Source of the DNA: Pseudonocardiaceae bacterium
GTDB taxonomy: Bacteria > Actinomycetota > Actinomycetes > Mycobacteriales > Pseudonocardiaceae
Length of the DNA: 64,000 bases
Assembly (NCBI GenBank): GCA_035640155.1
Contig: DASQWR010000240.1
Coordinates: 11,945 to 75,944 of the forward strand
Direction of reading: 5' to 3'
In this document: piece by piece, positions 1 through 10,184 of the stretch
How positions within the stretch are numbered: the stretch's first letter is position 1
Layout: each line of letters starts with the position of its first letter
Translations under genes and position numbers: made by a program
The notes under the pieces: model-generated
What the model was told of the DNA's origin: nothing
Seen by the model: the letters and a program-made list of their open reading frames with translations, nothing else
The model's database searches: none

Positions 1-706
1 ATCGCGGGGCGGTGAAGAAGTCCTCCGGGACCGAGTTCTCGATGATCTCACCATTGGACATGAACACCACGCGGTGTGCCGCGCGGCGGGCGAAGCCCAT
101 CTCGTGGGTCACCACGAGCATGGTCATGCCGTCGCGGGCGAGCGCGGTCATCACGTCGAGCACTTCCTTTACCATCTCGGGGTCCAGCGCCGAGGTCGGC
201 TCGTCGAAGAGCATCACCTTGGGGTGCATGGCGAGCGCGCGGGCGATCGCGGCGCGCTGCTGCTGGCCGCCGGAGAGCTGCGCGGGGTACTTGCCAGCCT
301 GGTCGGTAATGCCGACCCGGTCGAGCAGCGCCATCGCCGTCTCCTGTGCCTCCCGCTTGCCCTGGCGGCGCACCTTGACCGGCCCGAGCATCACGTTCTC
401 CGCGATCGTCTTGTGCGCGAAGAGGTTGAACTGCTGGAACACCATGCCGACGTCGGCCCGCAGCCGGGCGAGCGCGCGGCCCTCCGCGGGTAGCGGCTTC
501 CCGTCGACCTCGATGCTGCCCGCGTCGATCGGCTCCAGCCGGTTGATCGTCCGGCACAGCGTCGACTTGCCCGATCCGGACGGCCCGAGCACCACCACAA
601 CCTGCCCGCGGTCCACCTCGAGGTCGATGTCCTTGAGTACCTGCAGCGACCCGAAGTGCTTGTTCACTCCAGCCATCCGGATCATGGGAGGCGAAGCTGC
701 CGTCAT
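1..706 (-). CDS. Polar amino-acid ABC transporter ATP-binding protein (GlnQ/HisP-like); 3' end lies outside the window
   Basis: Own minus-strand translation (absent from the ORF track because there is no stop in the window). Motifs: Walker [10 protein letters not shown], signature [12 protein letters not shown], Walker [13 protein letters not shown]-loop [10 protein letters not shown]. In-frame ATG candidates at 706, 685 and 676. The + ORF 12..779 is its shadow. Confidence 0.85.
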   Translation of the reverse strand, partial: MTAASPPMIRMAGVNKHFGSLQVLKDIDLEVDRGQVVVVLGPSGSGKSTLCRTINRLEPIDAGSIEVDGKPLPAEGRALARLRADVGMVFQQFNLFAHKTIAENVMLGPVKVRRQGKREAQETAMALLDRVGITDQAGKYPAQLSGGQQQRAAIARALAMHPKVMLFDEPTSALDPEMVKEVLDVMTALARDGMTMLVVTHEMGFARRAAHRVVFMSNGEIIENSVPEDFFTAPR

Positions 707-778
707 GGATCCCTCCTGTTCGGTGTCCCGACGAGTGCGCGTCGTACCCTGGACCCTCAGGGAGGTGAGGACTGGCTG

Positions 779-2248
779 ATGAGCACCACCGCGCGCAGCT
801 ATCGGGTGCGCACCTACGGCTGCCAGATGAACGTACACGACTCCGAGCGCCTGGCCGGGATGCTCGAAGCCGCCGGCTACGTGCCCGCCGGAGCCGACGA
901 CGCCGCGGACGTCGTGGTGCTCAACACCTGCGCCGTGCGGGAGAATGCCGACAACCGGCTCTACGGCAACCTCGGGCAGCTACGCCCGGTGAAGCAGTCC
1001 CGTCCCGGGATGCAGATCGCGGTCGGGGGCTGCCTGGCGCAGAAGGACCGGGGTGAGATCACCCGCCGGGCACCCTGGGTCGACGTCGTCTTCGGGACCC
1101 ACAACATCGGCTCGCTGCCGGCACTGCTGGAGCGGGCCCGGCACAACGACGCCGCGCAGGTGGAGATCGCCGAGTCGCTGGAGGTCTTCCCCTCCACGCT
1201 GCCCGCGCGGCGGGACTGCGCGCACTCCGCTTGGGTGTCCATCTCGGTGGGCTGCAACAACACCTGCACCTTCTGCATCGTGCCGTCGCTGCGCGGCCGC
1301 GAGGTCGACCGCCGGCCGGGCGAGGTGCTCGCCGAGGTGGTGGCGCTGGTCGCCGAGGGCGTGCTCGAGGTGACGCTGCTCGGTCAGAACGTCAACGCCT
1401 ACGGGGTCGCCTTCGGTGACCGTACGGCGTTCGCCGACCTGCTGCGCGCCTGCGGGCGCATCGACGGGCTGGAGCGGGTGCGCTTCACCTCCCCGCACCC
1501 GAGGGACTTCACCGCCGACGTGATCGAGGCGATGGCGGCCACGCCGAACGTGTGCCCCCAGCTGCACATGCCGCTGCAGTCCGGATCCGATGCGGTGCTG
1601 CGCGCGATGCGCCGCTCGTACCGCGCCGAGCGCTTCCTGCGGATCGTGGCGGACGTGTGGGCGGCGATGCCCGACGCGGCGATCTCGACCGACATCATCG
1701 TCGGTTTCCCCGGCGAGACCGACGCCGACTTCGAGGCGACCCTGGACGTGGTGCGCGCGGCCCGCTTCGCCCAGGCGTTCACCTTCCAGTACTCACCGCG
1801 GCCCGGCACTCCGGCAGCCACGCTGCCCGCGCAGGTGCCCAAGTCCGTCGTGCAGGAGCGCTACCAACGGCTGGTCGCCGTGCAGGAGGAGATCTCCTGG
1901 GAGCTGAACCGCGAGCTCGTGGGCCGCACCGTCGAGGTGCTGGTGTCCGAGGGGGAGGGTCGCAAGGACGCGGCCACCCACCGGCGCAGCGGCCGGGCCC
2001 GCGACGGCCGGCTGGTGCACTTCGATCCCGGCGCCGCCGCGGTGCGACCCGGGGACATGGTGCAGGTGGCCATCACCTACGCAGCCCCGCACCACCTCGT
2101 CGCCGACGCGCCGCCGACCGCGCACCGAAGGACCCGCGCCGGGGACAACTGGGCGGCGGGGCGGCGCCCGGTCACCCCGGGCGTTCCGCTCGGGCTGCCC
2201 TCGTTCGGGATGCCGGGCACCGTGCCGGCCAGGTGCGGTGCCCGATGA
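779..2248 (+). CDS. miaB: tRNA-2-methylthio-N6-dimethylallyladenosine synthase MiaB (radical SAM)
   Basis: [17 protein letters not shown]-terminal cluster, radical-SAM CNNTCTFC motif and a TRAM-like C-terminus. ATG at 779 lies inside track ORF 656..2248. Confidence 0.95.
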   Translation: MSTTARSYRVRTYGCQMNVHDSERLAGMLEAAGYVPAGADDAADVVVLNTCAVRENADNRLYGNLGQLRPVKQSRPGMQIAVGGCLAQKDRGEITRRAPWVDVVFGTHNIGSLPALLERARHNDAAQVEIAESLEVFPSTLPARRDCAHSAWVSISVGCNNTCTFCIVPSLRGREVDRRPGEVLAEVVALVAEGVLEVTLLGQNVNAYGVAFGDRTAFADLLRACGRIDGLERVRFTSPHPRDFTADVIEAMAATPNVCPQLHMPLQSGSDAVLRAMRRSYRAERFLRIVADVWAAMPDAAISTDIIVGFPGETDADFEATLDVVRAARFAQAFTFQYSPRPGTPAATLPAQVPKSVVQERYQRLVAVQEEISWELNRELVGRTVEVLVSEGEGRKDAATHRRSGRARDGRLVHFDPGAAAVRPGDMVQVAITYAAPHHLVADAPPTAHRRTRAGDNWAAGRRPVTPGVPLGLPSFGMPGTVPARCGAR

Positions 2249-2724
2249 GCGACCCGGGGCCGGACGACGAGCGGATGGCGGTACTGCGAGACGAGATCGA
2301 CGCGGTGGAGCGCACCGTGCTGCGCCGCGTGGACCCGGGCGCGAAGGCGGTGACCGCCTCGGTGGCCGTGCTGGTGCTGCTCGTCGCGCTGGTACTGCCG
2401 TGGATCGGCCCGCACAGCGGGCTGGAGATCCTGCGCGGGACCACCGACCCGGCGGCACAGGTCGGCGTCCTGCCACGGCTGTTCGCCGGCGTCGCGGTGG
2501 GCTTCGGGGTGGTGCTCTCGGCGCTGGCGCTGATCCTGCGGCGCTGGGGGCTGGTGTTGGCTAGCGCATTGGGTTGCGCCTACGGCACCCTCGACGGCAT
2601 GTGGTCGATCTGGTCGCGGCAGACCGTCGAGGGTGCGGGCCCCGGCGCCGGCATGGTGCTGGCCGCAGTGGCCATGCTGGTGCTCGCCGCCGTGTGGTTC
2701 CGGCTGGCCGTCACCCGGGGCTAG
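2245..2724 (+). CDS. Conserved integral membrane protein (Rv2732c-like), coupled to miaB
   Basis: ATG 2245 overlaps the miaB TGA (ATGA). Four hydrophobic helices in the last 159 aa of track ORF 1552..2724. Confidence 0.7.
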   Translation: MSDPGPDDERMAVLRDEIDAVERTVLRRVDPGAKAVTASVAVLVLLVALVLPWIGPHSGLEILRGTTDPAAQVGVLPRLFAGVAVGFGVVLSALALILRRWGLVLASALGCAYGTLDGMWSIWSRQTVEGAGPGAGMVLAAVAMLVLAAVWFRLAVTRG

Positions 2725-2748
2725 CCCCCATCATTCCCGGGGTCCCGC

Positions 2749-4065
2749 TCAGCGGGAGGCGACCGCCTGCTCGGCCGTAGCGAGCCACTCCCGCCACTGC
2801 TCGGCCTGCGCCTCGGCATGTCCGGCGCGCTTCTCGTCACCGGCGGCCCGCGCCTTGGCGGCCTGTTCCTCGAACTGCTCCACCCGGGCCCGGAACTGGG
2901 CGATTCGGGCCTCGGCCTCGGGGTCGGTGCGGCGCCACTGCGCGTCGGTGGCCGAGCGCACCCGCTCCTCGACAGCGTGCAGCCGCGCCTCGAGCTCCTT
3001 GATCCGCACGCGCGGCACCTTGCCGACCGCCTCCCACCGCTGCTGGATGCCGCGCAGCTGCGCGCGGGCAGCCTCGAGGTCACCGCGGACATCGATGGCG
3101 TCCGCCTCGGCGAGCAACGCCTCCTTGATCCGCGCGTTGCCGGTGAACTCGGCGTCACGCTCGGACAGGTCCTCCGAGCGGCGGCGGAAGAACCGGTCCT
3201 GCGCGGCGCGGAAGCGTTCCCAGAGTGCGTCGTCGGTGTCCTTCGGCGCGCGGCCGGCGGCTTTCCACTCCTCCATCAGCGACCGGTAGCGTCCCGCAGT
3301 CGGTCCCCAGTCGGTGGAGTCGGCGAGCGCCTCGGCCTGCGCCACGAGTTCCTCCTTGCGCTCCCTGGCCACTGTCCGCTGCCGGTCGAGGTCGGCGAAG
3401 TGCGCACCGCGCCGGCGGTTGAAGGCGTCGCGGGCCTTGCTGAACCGCCGCCACAGCGCGTCGTCGGTCCTGCGGTCGACGCCCTTGATCGTCTTCCACT
3501 CGTCGAGGATCGCGCGCAGCCGGTTACCGCTGGTCTTCCACTGGGTGGACTCGGCGCCGATCCGCTCGGCCTCCTCGGCCAGCGCCTCCTTGTGGGCTGC
3601 GGCGGCCGCCCTGGCCCGCTCCTTGGCCTCGCGGGCGCCCGCGGCGGCCCGCTCGGCGCTGGCCTGCAGGTGCTCGACGAGGGCAGCGAGCGCGGCGAGG
3701 TCGCCGACCACGGTCGGCTCGGCGAGCTCGGTGCGCAGCGCCGTGACCCGGGCCATGGCCTGTCTGGGATCTCCACTGCCGGCGGCCAGTCGCTGCTCCG
3801 TCAGCACCACATCGGTGACCAGGTCGTCGAAGCGTCGAGCGTAGTGCGCCAGGCCCTCCTCCAGGGCGCCTGCCTGCCAGTTTCCCACCGCACGCTCCCC
3901 GTCGGCGGTCCGGACGTAGACGGTGCCGTCGGCGTCGACCCGTCCCCAGCGCCCCGGGTCCCCGCTGGCGGTACTGACCACCGGCTGGCCGGTGGGCCCC
4001 GGTGCAGGGGTGGGCGCCGGGCCGGCGCGTTCGGGCCTGGCGTGCTCACTCGCGTGCTCGGCCAT
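2749..4065 (-). CDS. DUF349 domain-containing protein (Ala/Arg-rich, Rv2731-like)
   Basis: Repeated ~75-aa units with W-K-x-G-x-P/V-x(4-6)-D-x-LW-x-RF-x-A-x-D-x-F. ATG at 4065 preferred over TTG at 4077. Confidence 0.85.
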   Translation of the reverse strand: MAEHASEHARPERAGPAPTPAPGPTGQPVVSTASGDPGRWGRVDADGTVYVRTADGERAVGNWQAGALEEGLAHYARRFDDLVTDVVLTEQRLAAGSGDPRQAMARVTALRTELAEPTVVGDLAALAALVEHLQASAERAAAGAREAKERARAAAAAHKEALAEEAERIGAESTQWKTSGNRLRAILDEWKTIKGVDRRTDDALWRRFSKARDAFNRRRGAHFADLDRQRTVARERKEELVAQAEALADSTDWGPTAGRYRSLMEEWKAAGRAPKDTDDALWERFRAAQDRFFRRRSEDLSERDAEFTGNARIKEALLAEADAIDVRGDLEAARAQLRGIQQRWEAVGKVPRVRIKELEARLHAVEERVRSATDAQWRRTDPEAEARIAQFRARVEQFEEQAAKARAAGDEKRAGHAEAQAEQWREWLATAEQAVASR

Positions 4066-4133
4066 GCCGGCATTCAAGCAGTCGGCAACCCCTCCCGGAA
4101 CCGGCAGGCGGTCGGCGCACTACCGTGTGGGCC

Positions 4134-5066
4134 GTGATCGCGCGGGTGGTGGGTGCGCGTCCCGTGGCTGTGGTCGGTCCAACAGCCACCGGGAAGTCCG
4201 ACCTCGCGGTGGCGTTGGCGCTGCGCCTCGGCGGGGAGGTGGTGAACGCCGATGCGCTGCAGCTTTACCGGGGCATGGACATCGGCACTGCGAAGCTGCC
4301 GGAGTCGGAGCGTCGCGGCGTCGCGCACCACCTGCTCGACGTGCTGGACGTGACCGAGACCGCCTCGGTGGCGGACTACCAGCGCGCTGCCCGCAGCGTC
4401 GTCGAGGAGCTGTTGGGGGCCGGGCGGACACCGGTGCTGGCCGGCGGCTCCGGTCTCTACCTGCGCGCGGTGCTGGACGACCTGGAGTTCCCGGGCACCG
4501 ACGCACGGGTGCGCTCCGCGCTGGAGGCCGAGCTGGCCGACGCCGGCCCGGCGGTGCTGCACGCGCGGCTGCACGCCGTTGACCCGGCAGCGGCCGGCTC
4601 GATCCCGCCGGGCAACGGGCGGCGGGTGGTGCGGGCGCTGGAGGTGGTCGAGATCACCGGCGGGCCGTTCCGCGCGACGATGCCCCAGCGGGGTCCGGCG
4701 CGCTGGGACACCGTGCAGATTGGGCTCGACCTCGAGCCGGTGGCACTGGACGCCCGGGTGGACGCGCGGGTCGCGCGGATGTTCGCCGGAGGGTTGGTGG
4801 ACGAGGTGCGGTCGTTGGCCGCCAGCGGGCTGCGCTCCGGCCGGACGGCGTCGCGGGCGCTGGGCTACCAGCAGGTCCTGGCGGCACTGGATGCGGGGCA
4901 GGACCCCGGCACCGCGGCGGAGCCCGTCGCGGCAGCCACTCGCCGGTTCGTGCGCCGGCAGCGCTCGTGGTTCCGCCGGGACGACCGCATCGGCTGGCTC
5001 GATGCTGCCCGCCCCGACCTGCTCGACGCCGCGCTCGACGTCCTCGCCTCGCGTCGGGCGCCGTGA
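4134..5066 (+). CDS. miaA: tRNA dimethylallyltransferase MiaA
   Basis: P-loop [10 protein letters not shown] and [18 protein letters not shown] starts at 4125/4134 avoid overlap with the divergent DUF349 gene. Confidence 0.9.
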   Translation: MIARVVGARPVAVVGPTATGKSDLAVALALRLGGEVVNADALQLYRGMDIGTAKLPESERRGVAHHLLDVLDVTETASVADYQRAARSVVEELLGAGRTPVLAGGSGLYLRAVLDDLEFPGTDARVRSALEAELADAGPAVLHARLHAVDPAAAGSIPPGNGRRVVRALEVVEITGGPFRATMPQRGPARWDTVQIGLDLEPVALDARVDARVARMFAGGLVDEVRSLAASGLRSGRTASRALGYQQVLAALDAGQDPGTAAEPVAAATRRFVRRQRSWFRRDDRIGWLDAARPDLLDAALDVLASRRAP

Positions 5067-5090
5067 GCTCGATCGAGTCACCCGGCGTCG

Positions 5091-5939
5091 GTGACCGCGG
5101 ATAGGCTCGGCGGTGTGGACTTCGTCAAGGGCCACGGCACCGAGAACGACTTCGTGGTACTGCCCGACCGCGCCGGTGAGCTCGAGCTCACACCGTCGCG
5201 GGTGCGCGCGCTGTGCGACCGGCACCGCGGTCTCGGTGCCGACGGCGTGCTGCGGGTGGTGCCCGGCTCGGCAGTGCCGGATGCGCCTGCGGACACCGAT
5301 CCGGCGGAATGGTTCATGGACTACCGCAACGCCGACGGCACGGTCGCCGAGATGTGCGGCAACGGGCTGCGGCTCTTCGCGCGCTACCTCTGCGAGGCCG
5401 GGTGGGTGGATGCGGCGGAGTTCCGGGTCGGCACCCGCTCCGGGCCGCGGACGGTGCGGGTGCACGACGACGGCTGGGTCACGGTGAGCATGGGCGCGGT
5501 GCAGCGCACCAGGGCGTCGATGGTGACCGTCGAGGGGGTCGGTTTCCCCGGGCTCACCGTCGACGTGGGCAACCCGCACCTGGCCTGCGTCACCGAGGTG
5601 CCGGTCGAACAGCTCGACCTCACCGTCCCGCCCGGGCACGACCCGGCGGTGTTCCCGCACGGCGTCAACGTCGAGTTCGTCAATGTGGTGTCCTGCGGCG
5701 AGCTGCGCATGCGGGTGCACGAGCGCGGGGTGGGGGAGACCCGGTCCTGCGGCACCGGCACCGTCGCCGCCGTCGCTGCCGCGCTGCACGCGGCCGGGCA
5801 CAGCACCGGGGAGGCGGATGTGGCGGTGCCGGGCGGGCGCGTCCACGTGACGATCACCGAGGAGTCCAGCGCGCTGTCCGGCCCTGCCGTGGTGGTGGCC
5901 AGTGGCGAGCTCGATCCGGGCTGGTGGGCCCGCGCCTGA
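5091..5939 (+). CDS. dapF: Diaminopimelate epimerase DapF
   Basis: GHGTENDFVV, MCGNGLR (Cys1), VDVGNPH and SCGTG (Cys2). GTG at 5091; alternative GTG at 5115. Confidence 0.92.
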   Translation: MTADRLGGVDFVKGHGTENDFVVLPDRAGELELTPSRVRALCDRHRGLGADGVLRVVPGSAVPDAPADTDPAEWFMDYRNADGTVAEMCGNGLRLFARYLCEAGWVDAAEFRVGTRSGPRTVRVHDDGWVTVSMGAVQRTRASMVTVEGVGFPGLTVDVGNPHLACVTEVPVEQLDLTVPPGHDPAVFPHGVNVEFVNVVSCGELRMRVHERGVGETRSCGTGTVAAVAAALHAAGHSTGEADVAVPGGRVHVTITEESSALSGPAVVVASGELDPGWWARA

Positions 5940-5995
5940 CCGAGCGCGAAATCTCGCTGGGCGGGACACCGGGGACGTGTCACCATGGAGGCCAT

Positions 5996-7459
5996 ATGAC
6001 GACATCGACGACCGGCCCCGCCGGCCACGACGACCTCGAGCCCGACGTCCTCGCCGGCCCCGGCCCCGACGGCCCCTCGACGGGCGAGCTGGAGCTCGAG
6101 GAGCGCAGCGCGCTGCAGCGCGTCGCGGGGCTGTCCACCGAGCTCGCCGACGTCACCGAGGTCGAGTACCGCCGGCTGCGCCTCGAGCGCGTGGTGCTCG
6201 TCGGGGTGTGGACCGAGGGGTCCGCGGCGGAGGCCGACGCGTCCATGGCGGAGCTCGCGCTGCTCGCCGAGACCGCGGGCTCGCAGGTCCTCGACGGCCT
6301 GGTGCAGCGCCGGGAGCGCCCGGACCCGGCCACCTACATTGGCTCGGGCAAGGTGGTGGAGCTGCGCGAGGTCGTCCTCGCGACCGGCGCGGACACCGTC
6401 ATCTGCGACGGCGAGCTGTCTCCCGGCCAGCTGCGGCAGCTGGAGGACAAGCTCAAGGTCAAGGTCATCGACCGGACGGCCCTGATCCTCGACATCTTCG
6501 CCCAGCACGCCAGCTCCAGTGAGGGCAAGGCGCAGGTCGAGCTCGCCCAGCTCGACTACTTCCTGCCGCGGCTGCGCGGCTGGGGCGAGTCGCTGTCCCG
6601 GCAGGCCGGCGGCGCGGGCGGGGGTGCCGGCGGGGGCGTCGGGACCCGCGGTCCGGGTGAGACGAAGATCGAAACCGACCGCCGCCGCATCCGCCGCCGG
6701 ATGACCAAGCTGCGCCGCGAGATCGCCGCGATGAGCACCGTGCGTGACACCAAGCGCGGCCGGCGCCGCGCGGGCGGTGTCCCGAACGTGGCCATCGCCG
6801 GCTACACGAACTCGGGCAAGTCGAGCCTGCTGAATGTGCTGACCGGGGCCGGGGTGCTGGTGCAGGACGCGCTGTTCGCGACGCTGGACCCGACCACCCG
6901 CCGCGCCGCTACCCCGGACGGCCGCGGCTACACGCTCACCGACACGGTCGGTTTCGTCCGGCGTCTGCCACACCAGCTCGTCGAGGCGTTCCGCTCCACG
7001 CTGGAGGAGGTCGCCGACGCGGACCTGCTGCTGCACGTGGTGGACGGTTCGGACCCGATGCCGGAGCGGCAGGTGAACGCGGTGCGCGAGGTGCTCGCGG
7101 AGATCACCGCAGGTCGGGAGACCCCGGCGCCCCGCGAGCTCCTCGCCGTCAACAAGATCGATATTGCGGACGAGCTGAGCATCGCCCGGTTGCGCGCGGC
7201 GCTGCCCGGGGCGGTGTTCGTCTCGGCCCGGACCGGCGCCGGCGTGGACGGCCTGCGGGAGCGGGTCGCCGAGCTGCTGCCCCGGCCCGACGTGGAGGTC
7301 GAGGCGGTGCTGCCGTGGACCGAGGGCGCACTGGTCGCGCGGGTGCACTCGGAGGGCGAGGTGCTCGACACCGACCACACCGAGGTGGGCACCCGGATGC
7401 GCGCTCGGGTCCGTCCGGACCTCGCCGGCGCCCTGGCCGGCTTCCGGGTGGACGGCTGA
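5996..7459 (+). CDS. hflX: GTPase HflX
   Basis: ATG 5996 inside track ORF 5213..7459. HflX N-domain (IFAQHA.S.EGKAQVELAQL), G1 GYTNSGKSS, DTVGF, NKID. Confidence 0.93.
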   Translation: MTTSTTGPAGHDDLEPDVLAGPGPDGPSTGELELEERSALQRVAGLSTELADVTEVEYRRLRLERVVLVGVWTEGSAAEADASMAELALLAETAGSQVLDGLVQRRERPDPATYIGSGKVVELREVVLATGADTVICDGELSPGQLRQLEDKLKVKVIDRTALILDIFAQHASSSEGKAQVELAQLDYFLPRLRGWGESLSRQAGGAGGGAGGGVGTRGPGETKIETDRRRIRRRMTKLRREIAAMSTVRDTKRGRRRAGGVPNVAIAGYTNSGKSSLLNVLTGAGVLVQDALFATLDPTTRRAATPDGRGYTLTDTVGFVRRLPHQLVEAFRSTLEEVADADLLLHVVDGSDPMPERQVNAVREVLAEITAGRETPAPRELLAVNKIDIADELSIARLRAALPGAVFVSARTGAGVDGLRERVAELLPRPDVEVEAVLPWTEGALVARVHSEGEVLDTDHTEVGTRMRARVRPDLAGALAGFRVDG

Positions 7460-7488
7460 CGTCGATCTCACACCTCGCGCGGGCTCTC

Positions 7489-8448
7489 GTGCTCGCCTTG
7501 GTGGCGATCCTGCTCGGGACGCCGGCGGCGATGGGTCAGCCCGCTGGCCGGGAGCTCTGCACGCCTACCGACCCCCGGCTCGACGAGCTCTCCGGGCTGG
7601 CCACCGACGGGAAGCGCTGGTTCGCCGTGGGGGACAGTGCGCCGCGCCTCGAGGTGCAGGTTCTGGACCCGCAGACATGCGCGGTCACAGACGTCGTCAC
7701 CGCCGATCTCGACCCCTACGACGTGGAGGACCTCGCGCTGGCGGCGGAGGGCACGCTGTGGGTCGCCGACACCGGCGACAACTACCGGATCCGACGTAAC
7801 GTCGCTCTGCATCACCTGCGTCCCGACGGGGACGTGACGACGTTCCGGCTGGTCTACCCCGACGGCCCGCACGACGCGGAGGCCCTGCTGCTCGACATCA
7901 CCGGTGTGCCCCACCTGGTGACGAAGGACGTTCTCGGTGCAGCCGGGGTGTACCGGCCGGCCGGACCGCTCGACGCGGCGGGCCCGACGCCGCTGCAGCG
8001 GGTGGCCTCGCTGCAGCTGGGCAACACGGACACGCCGGGTGGGCCGCTCGGGCTCGGGTCCAGTCTGGTGACCGGGGCGGGCGTGAGCCCCGACGGCACC
8101 GTGCTCGCACTGCGGACCTACACCGACGCCTACCTCTACGCGGCGCCCGACGGGGACGTGGTCGCGGCGCTACAGCGGCCGCCGATCCGGATCCCGCTAC
8201 CGGATGAGCCGCAAGGCGAGGCAGTGGCACTGGCCGCGGACGGCACGGTGCTGTCGGGATCCGAAGGCGGTGCTCCGATCCGGGCGGTACCCAGTGCGAC
8301 GGCACTGCTCGGTGTGCAGTCGGCGCAATCGGCGGTCGCCGGCCCGGCCCGGGACCACCAGGCGCACTTGCCGACCTGGCTGGCGACGGTGGTCGCGGGG
8401 GTGGTCGTCGGGCTCATGCTGCTCGCCCTGCGCCGACGTCGCGCCTGA
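7489..8448 (+). CDS. Secreted, C-terminally membrane-anchored protein with a possible beta-propeller / phytase-like (SdiA-regulated-type) fold
   Basis: Signal-like LVLALVAILLGTPAAMG, an ELSGL motif, repeated D-x-E/D-G/A-L strands and a C-terminal TM helix plus RRRRA. Start uncertain (7456-7489). Confidence 0.55.
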   Translation: MLALVAILLGTPAAMGQPAGRELCTPTDPRLDELSGLATDGKRWFAVGDSAPRLEVQVLDPQTCAVTDVVTADLDPYDVEDLALAAEGTLWVADTGDNYRIRRNVALHHLRPDGDVTTFRLVYPDGPHDAEALLLDITGVPHLVTKDVLGAAGVYRPAGPLDAAGPTPLQRVASLQLGNTDTPGGPLGLGSSLVTGAGVSPDGTVLALRTYTDAYLYAAPDGDVVAALQRPPIRIPLPDEPQGEAVALAADGTVLSGSEGGAPIRAVPSATALLGVQSAQSAVAGPARDHQAHLPTWLATVVAGVVVGLMLLALRRRRA

Positions 8449-8455
8449 TCGCCCG

Positions 8456-9181
8456 CTAGAGCCGGCGCAGCACCGCGACGACCCGGCCGAGGACGGTCGC
8501 CTCGTCTCCCGGGATCGGCTCGTACGCCGGGTTGTGCGGCAGGAGCCACACGTGACCGTCCTGCCGCTTGAGGGTCTTCACGGTGGCCTCACCCTCGATC
8601 ATCGCAGCCACGACGTCACCGTTCTCGGCGGTCGGCTGCTGGCGCACCACCACCCAGTCGCCGTCGGTGATCGCCGCCTCGATCATCGAGTCGCCGGCGA
8701 CCCGCAGCAGGAACAGCGACCCTTCGCCGACGATCTCGCGGGGCAGCGGGAACATGTCCTCGACCGCCTGCTCTGCCAGCACGGGACCGCCGGCCGCGAT
8801 GCGTCCCACCACCGGCACGTAGGTGGGCCGCGGCAGGTCTGGCACCTCGTTGACCGGCTGCTCGGGATCCTCCACCGGCCGGACGCCGACCGCTCGCGGC
8901 CGGTTGGGATCGCGGCGCAGGTACCCCTTGCGCTCCAGCGCGCGGAGCTGATGAGCCACTGACGACGTGGACGTCAGCCCCACGGCCTCGCCGATCTCCC
9001 GGACGCTCGGCGGGTAGCCGAACCGGTCCACCCAGTCCCGGATGACCTCGAGCACGCGGCGCTGCCGGGGGGTGAGGCCCGCACCGTCCACCGCGTCCTC
9101 CAGGTCGGGGAAAGCGTGCACCTCGATCGCCTCGGCCCCCGCTGCCTGCGTCGGCTCTCGACCGCTCGACTTCCGTGCCAC
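8456..9181 (-). CDS. lexA: LexA repressor
   Basis: Winged HTH ([30 protein letters not shown]), cleavage/peptidase S24 motifs (VAGDSM ... GEATVKTL). GTG start. Confidence 0.95.
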   Translation of the reverse strand: MARKSSGREPTQAAGAEAIEVHAFPDLEDAVDGAGLTPRQRRVLEVIRDWVDRFGYPPSVREIGEAVGLTSTSSVAHQLRALERKGYLRRDPNRPRAVGVRPVEDPEQPVNEVPDLPRPTYVPVVGRIAAGGPVLAEQAVEDMFPLPREIVGEGSLFLLRVAGDSMIEAAITDGDWVVVRQQPTAENGDVVAAMIEGEATVKTLKRQDGHVWLLPHNPAYEPIPGDEATVLGRVVAVLRRL

Positions 9182-9264
9182 TGCGGGTCCTCCTCAGCTG
9201 TACGGGCGGAGCCTGCAGCTCCACCCGGTGTCGGTCCCGACGCTATCCAGCCGGGCGGCAGAGA

Positions 9265-9280
9265 TCAAACACCTGTTCGA
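9265..9280. promoter_or_regulatory. SOS (LexA) box, one mismatch: TCAAAC-ACCT-GTTCGA
   Basis: Matches the actinobacterial consensus TCGAAC-N4-GTTCGA at 11/12 arm positions. Lies 84 nt upstream of the lexA GTG. Confidence 0.65.
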
Positions 9281-9305
9281 AGACACGCCGCAGCGCTGTC
9301 GATTC

Positions 9306-9327
9306 TGTCGGTCGCCGGTGGTAGACA
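9306..9327 (+). promoter_or_regulatory. RecA-NDp-like (PafBC-type) DNA-damage promoter motif TGTCGGTC-N8-TAGACA
   Basis: Compared with the published tTGTCRgtg-N8-TAnnnT: 7/8 in the upstream element, correct 8-nt spacer, last base of the -10 mismatched. About 70 nt upstream of the LysM gene ATG. Confidence 0.4.
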
Positions 9328-9343
9328 TCGCACAGAAGTTCGA

Positions 9344-9359
9344 TCGAACCTGTGTTCGA
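9344..9359. promoter_or_regulatory. Perfect SOS (LexA) box TCGAAC-CTGT-GTTCGA
   Basis: Exact palindrome read from the sequence, 38 nt upstream of the LysM gene ATG (9397). Embedded in a GTTCGATCGA direct repeat (9338-9347 and 9354-9363). Confidence 0.85.
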
Positions 9360-9396
9360 TCGAGACCGCCTCAAGAGACTGTGTCGAGGAGAAGGT

Positions 9397-9957
9397 ATGA
9401 CGGCGCCAGCGAGAACCCTGATCATCGTTCATCCGCAACGCTCCGAGCGCGTCCCGGGCATCGGCCTGGACAGGCCGCGGCCGGCCCGGGTGCGCGCGTA
9501 CTGCCCGGGGCGCCCGGCCCCCGGTCCCACCAGTGGCTCCGGGCCGGGGTGGCCGACGCAGCTGCGCCGGCCACCGGTGGTGCCCTACGGCTCGGCCCCG
9601 CCGGATCGTCTGCCGGATCGTGAGGAGTCCGCTTGTCGGCGTGCGGTGCGGGTGATGACCGCCGGAGTGGTGACCCTCAGCGTGGTATGCGGGCTGGCAG
9701 TGCTCGGACAGGTCGCGGCAGACGGCCCCGCGGTGCCGGCCACCACAACCGTGGTGCAGGTCGGAGCAGGGGAGACGCTGTGGGACGTCGCCCGCCGGAT
9801 TGCCCCGGACACCGCGACACCCGCGGTGGTGCAGCACATCAGGGAGCTGAACGGGATGGTCGGATCGGAGCTGCGTCCGGGCCAGCAGCTCACGGTGCCG
9901 ATGGTCGCTGAGCCCCGTCAGGCAGTGCAGGGATGGGATCCGGATGGGATCCGGTGA
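9397..9957 (+). CDS. LysM domain-containing membrane protein, ChiZ (Rv2719c)-like, divergent from lexA
   Basis: SD GGAGAAGG before ATG 9397. One TM helix (VVTLSVVCGLAVLG) then LysM (VVQVGAGETLWDVARRI...IRELNGM...LRPGQQLTVP). Confidence 0.75.
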   Translation: MTAPARTLIIVHPQRSERVPGIGLDRPRPARVRAYCPGRPAPGPTSGSGPGWPTQLRRPPVVPYGSAPPDRLPDREESACRRAVRVMTAGVVTLSVVCGLAVLGQVAADGPAVPATTTVVQVGAGETLWDVARRIAPDTATPAVVQHIRELNGMVGSELRPGQQLTVPMVAEPRQAVQGWDPDGIR

Positions 9958-10011
9958 CCGCTCGGCGGCGCGTCGCAGTTGCGCTCCCTCCCTGGCTGGA
10001 TTTAGGGTCTG

Positions 10012-10027
10012 CCCCTACATCTAGTAG
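10012..10027. promoter_or_regulatory. NrdR-box-like palindrome (core CTACATCTAG) next to a TACAAT -10 hexamer
   Basis: Core matches 8/10 of the published CwAtATaTwG. Sits in the only AT-rich island (about 10001-10050) upstream of nrdR. TACAAT at 10029-10034. Confidence 0.45.
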
Positions 10028-10184
10028 TTACAATGAAGTAGTTTATCCACAGGTTGGGTTCCAGCAGTCGCTGGTTGTCCACCGCTGATCCCCAGGAATG
10101 GGGCGGTGGTCCCCAGGCCGGTCCCCAGGATCCCCGCCTCGGATGGCTGCGCGAAGCGCTGGGCGCGGGGGAGGAGTGGACATC

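Noticed and set aside
12-779. 255-aa + strand ORF at the left edge
   Set aside because: It is the antisense shadow of a clear ABC ATPase on the minus strand (Walker A, signature and H-loop all read on the minus strand). It has no motifs of its own.
5213-5995. N-terminal extensions of track ORFs (e.g. 5213..7459, 1552..2724, 22821..24905, 26613..28103, 45336..46586)
   Set aside because: These extensions overlap upstream genes in other frames and lack homology. Internal ATG/GTG starts with SD sequences or 4-nt overlaps give family-typical lengths.
4074-7471. Very long minus-strand ORFs (4074..6005, 643 aa; 5384..7471, 695 aa)
   Set aside because: They are antisense to miaA, dapF and hflX, which have unambiguous motifs. 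The Arg/Pro/Gly-rich composition is typical of out-of-frame high-GC DNA.
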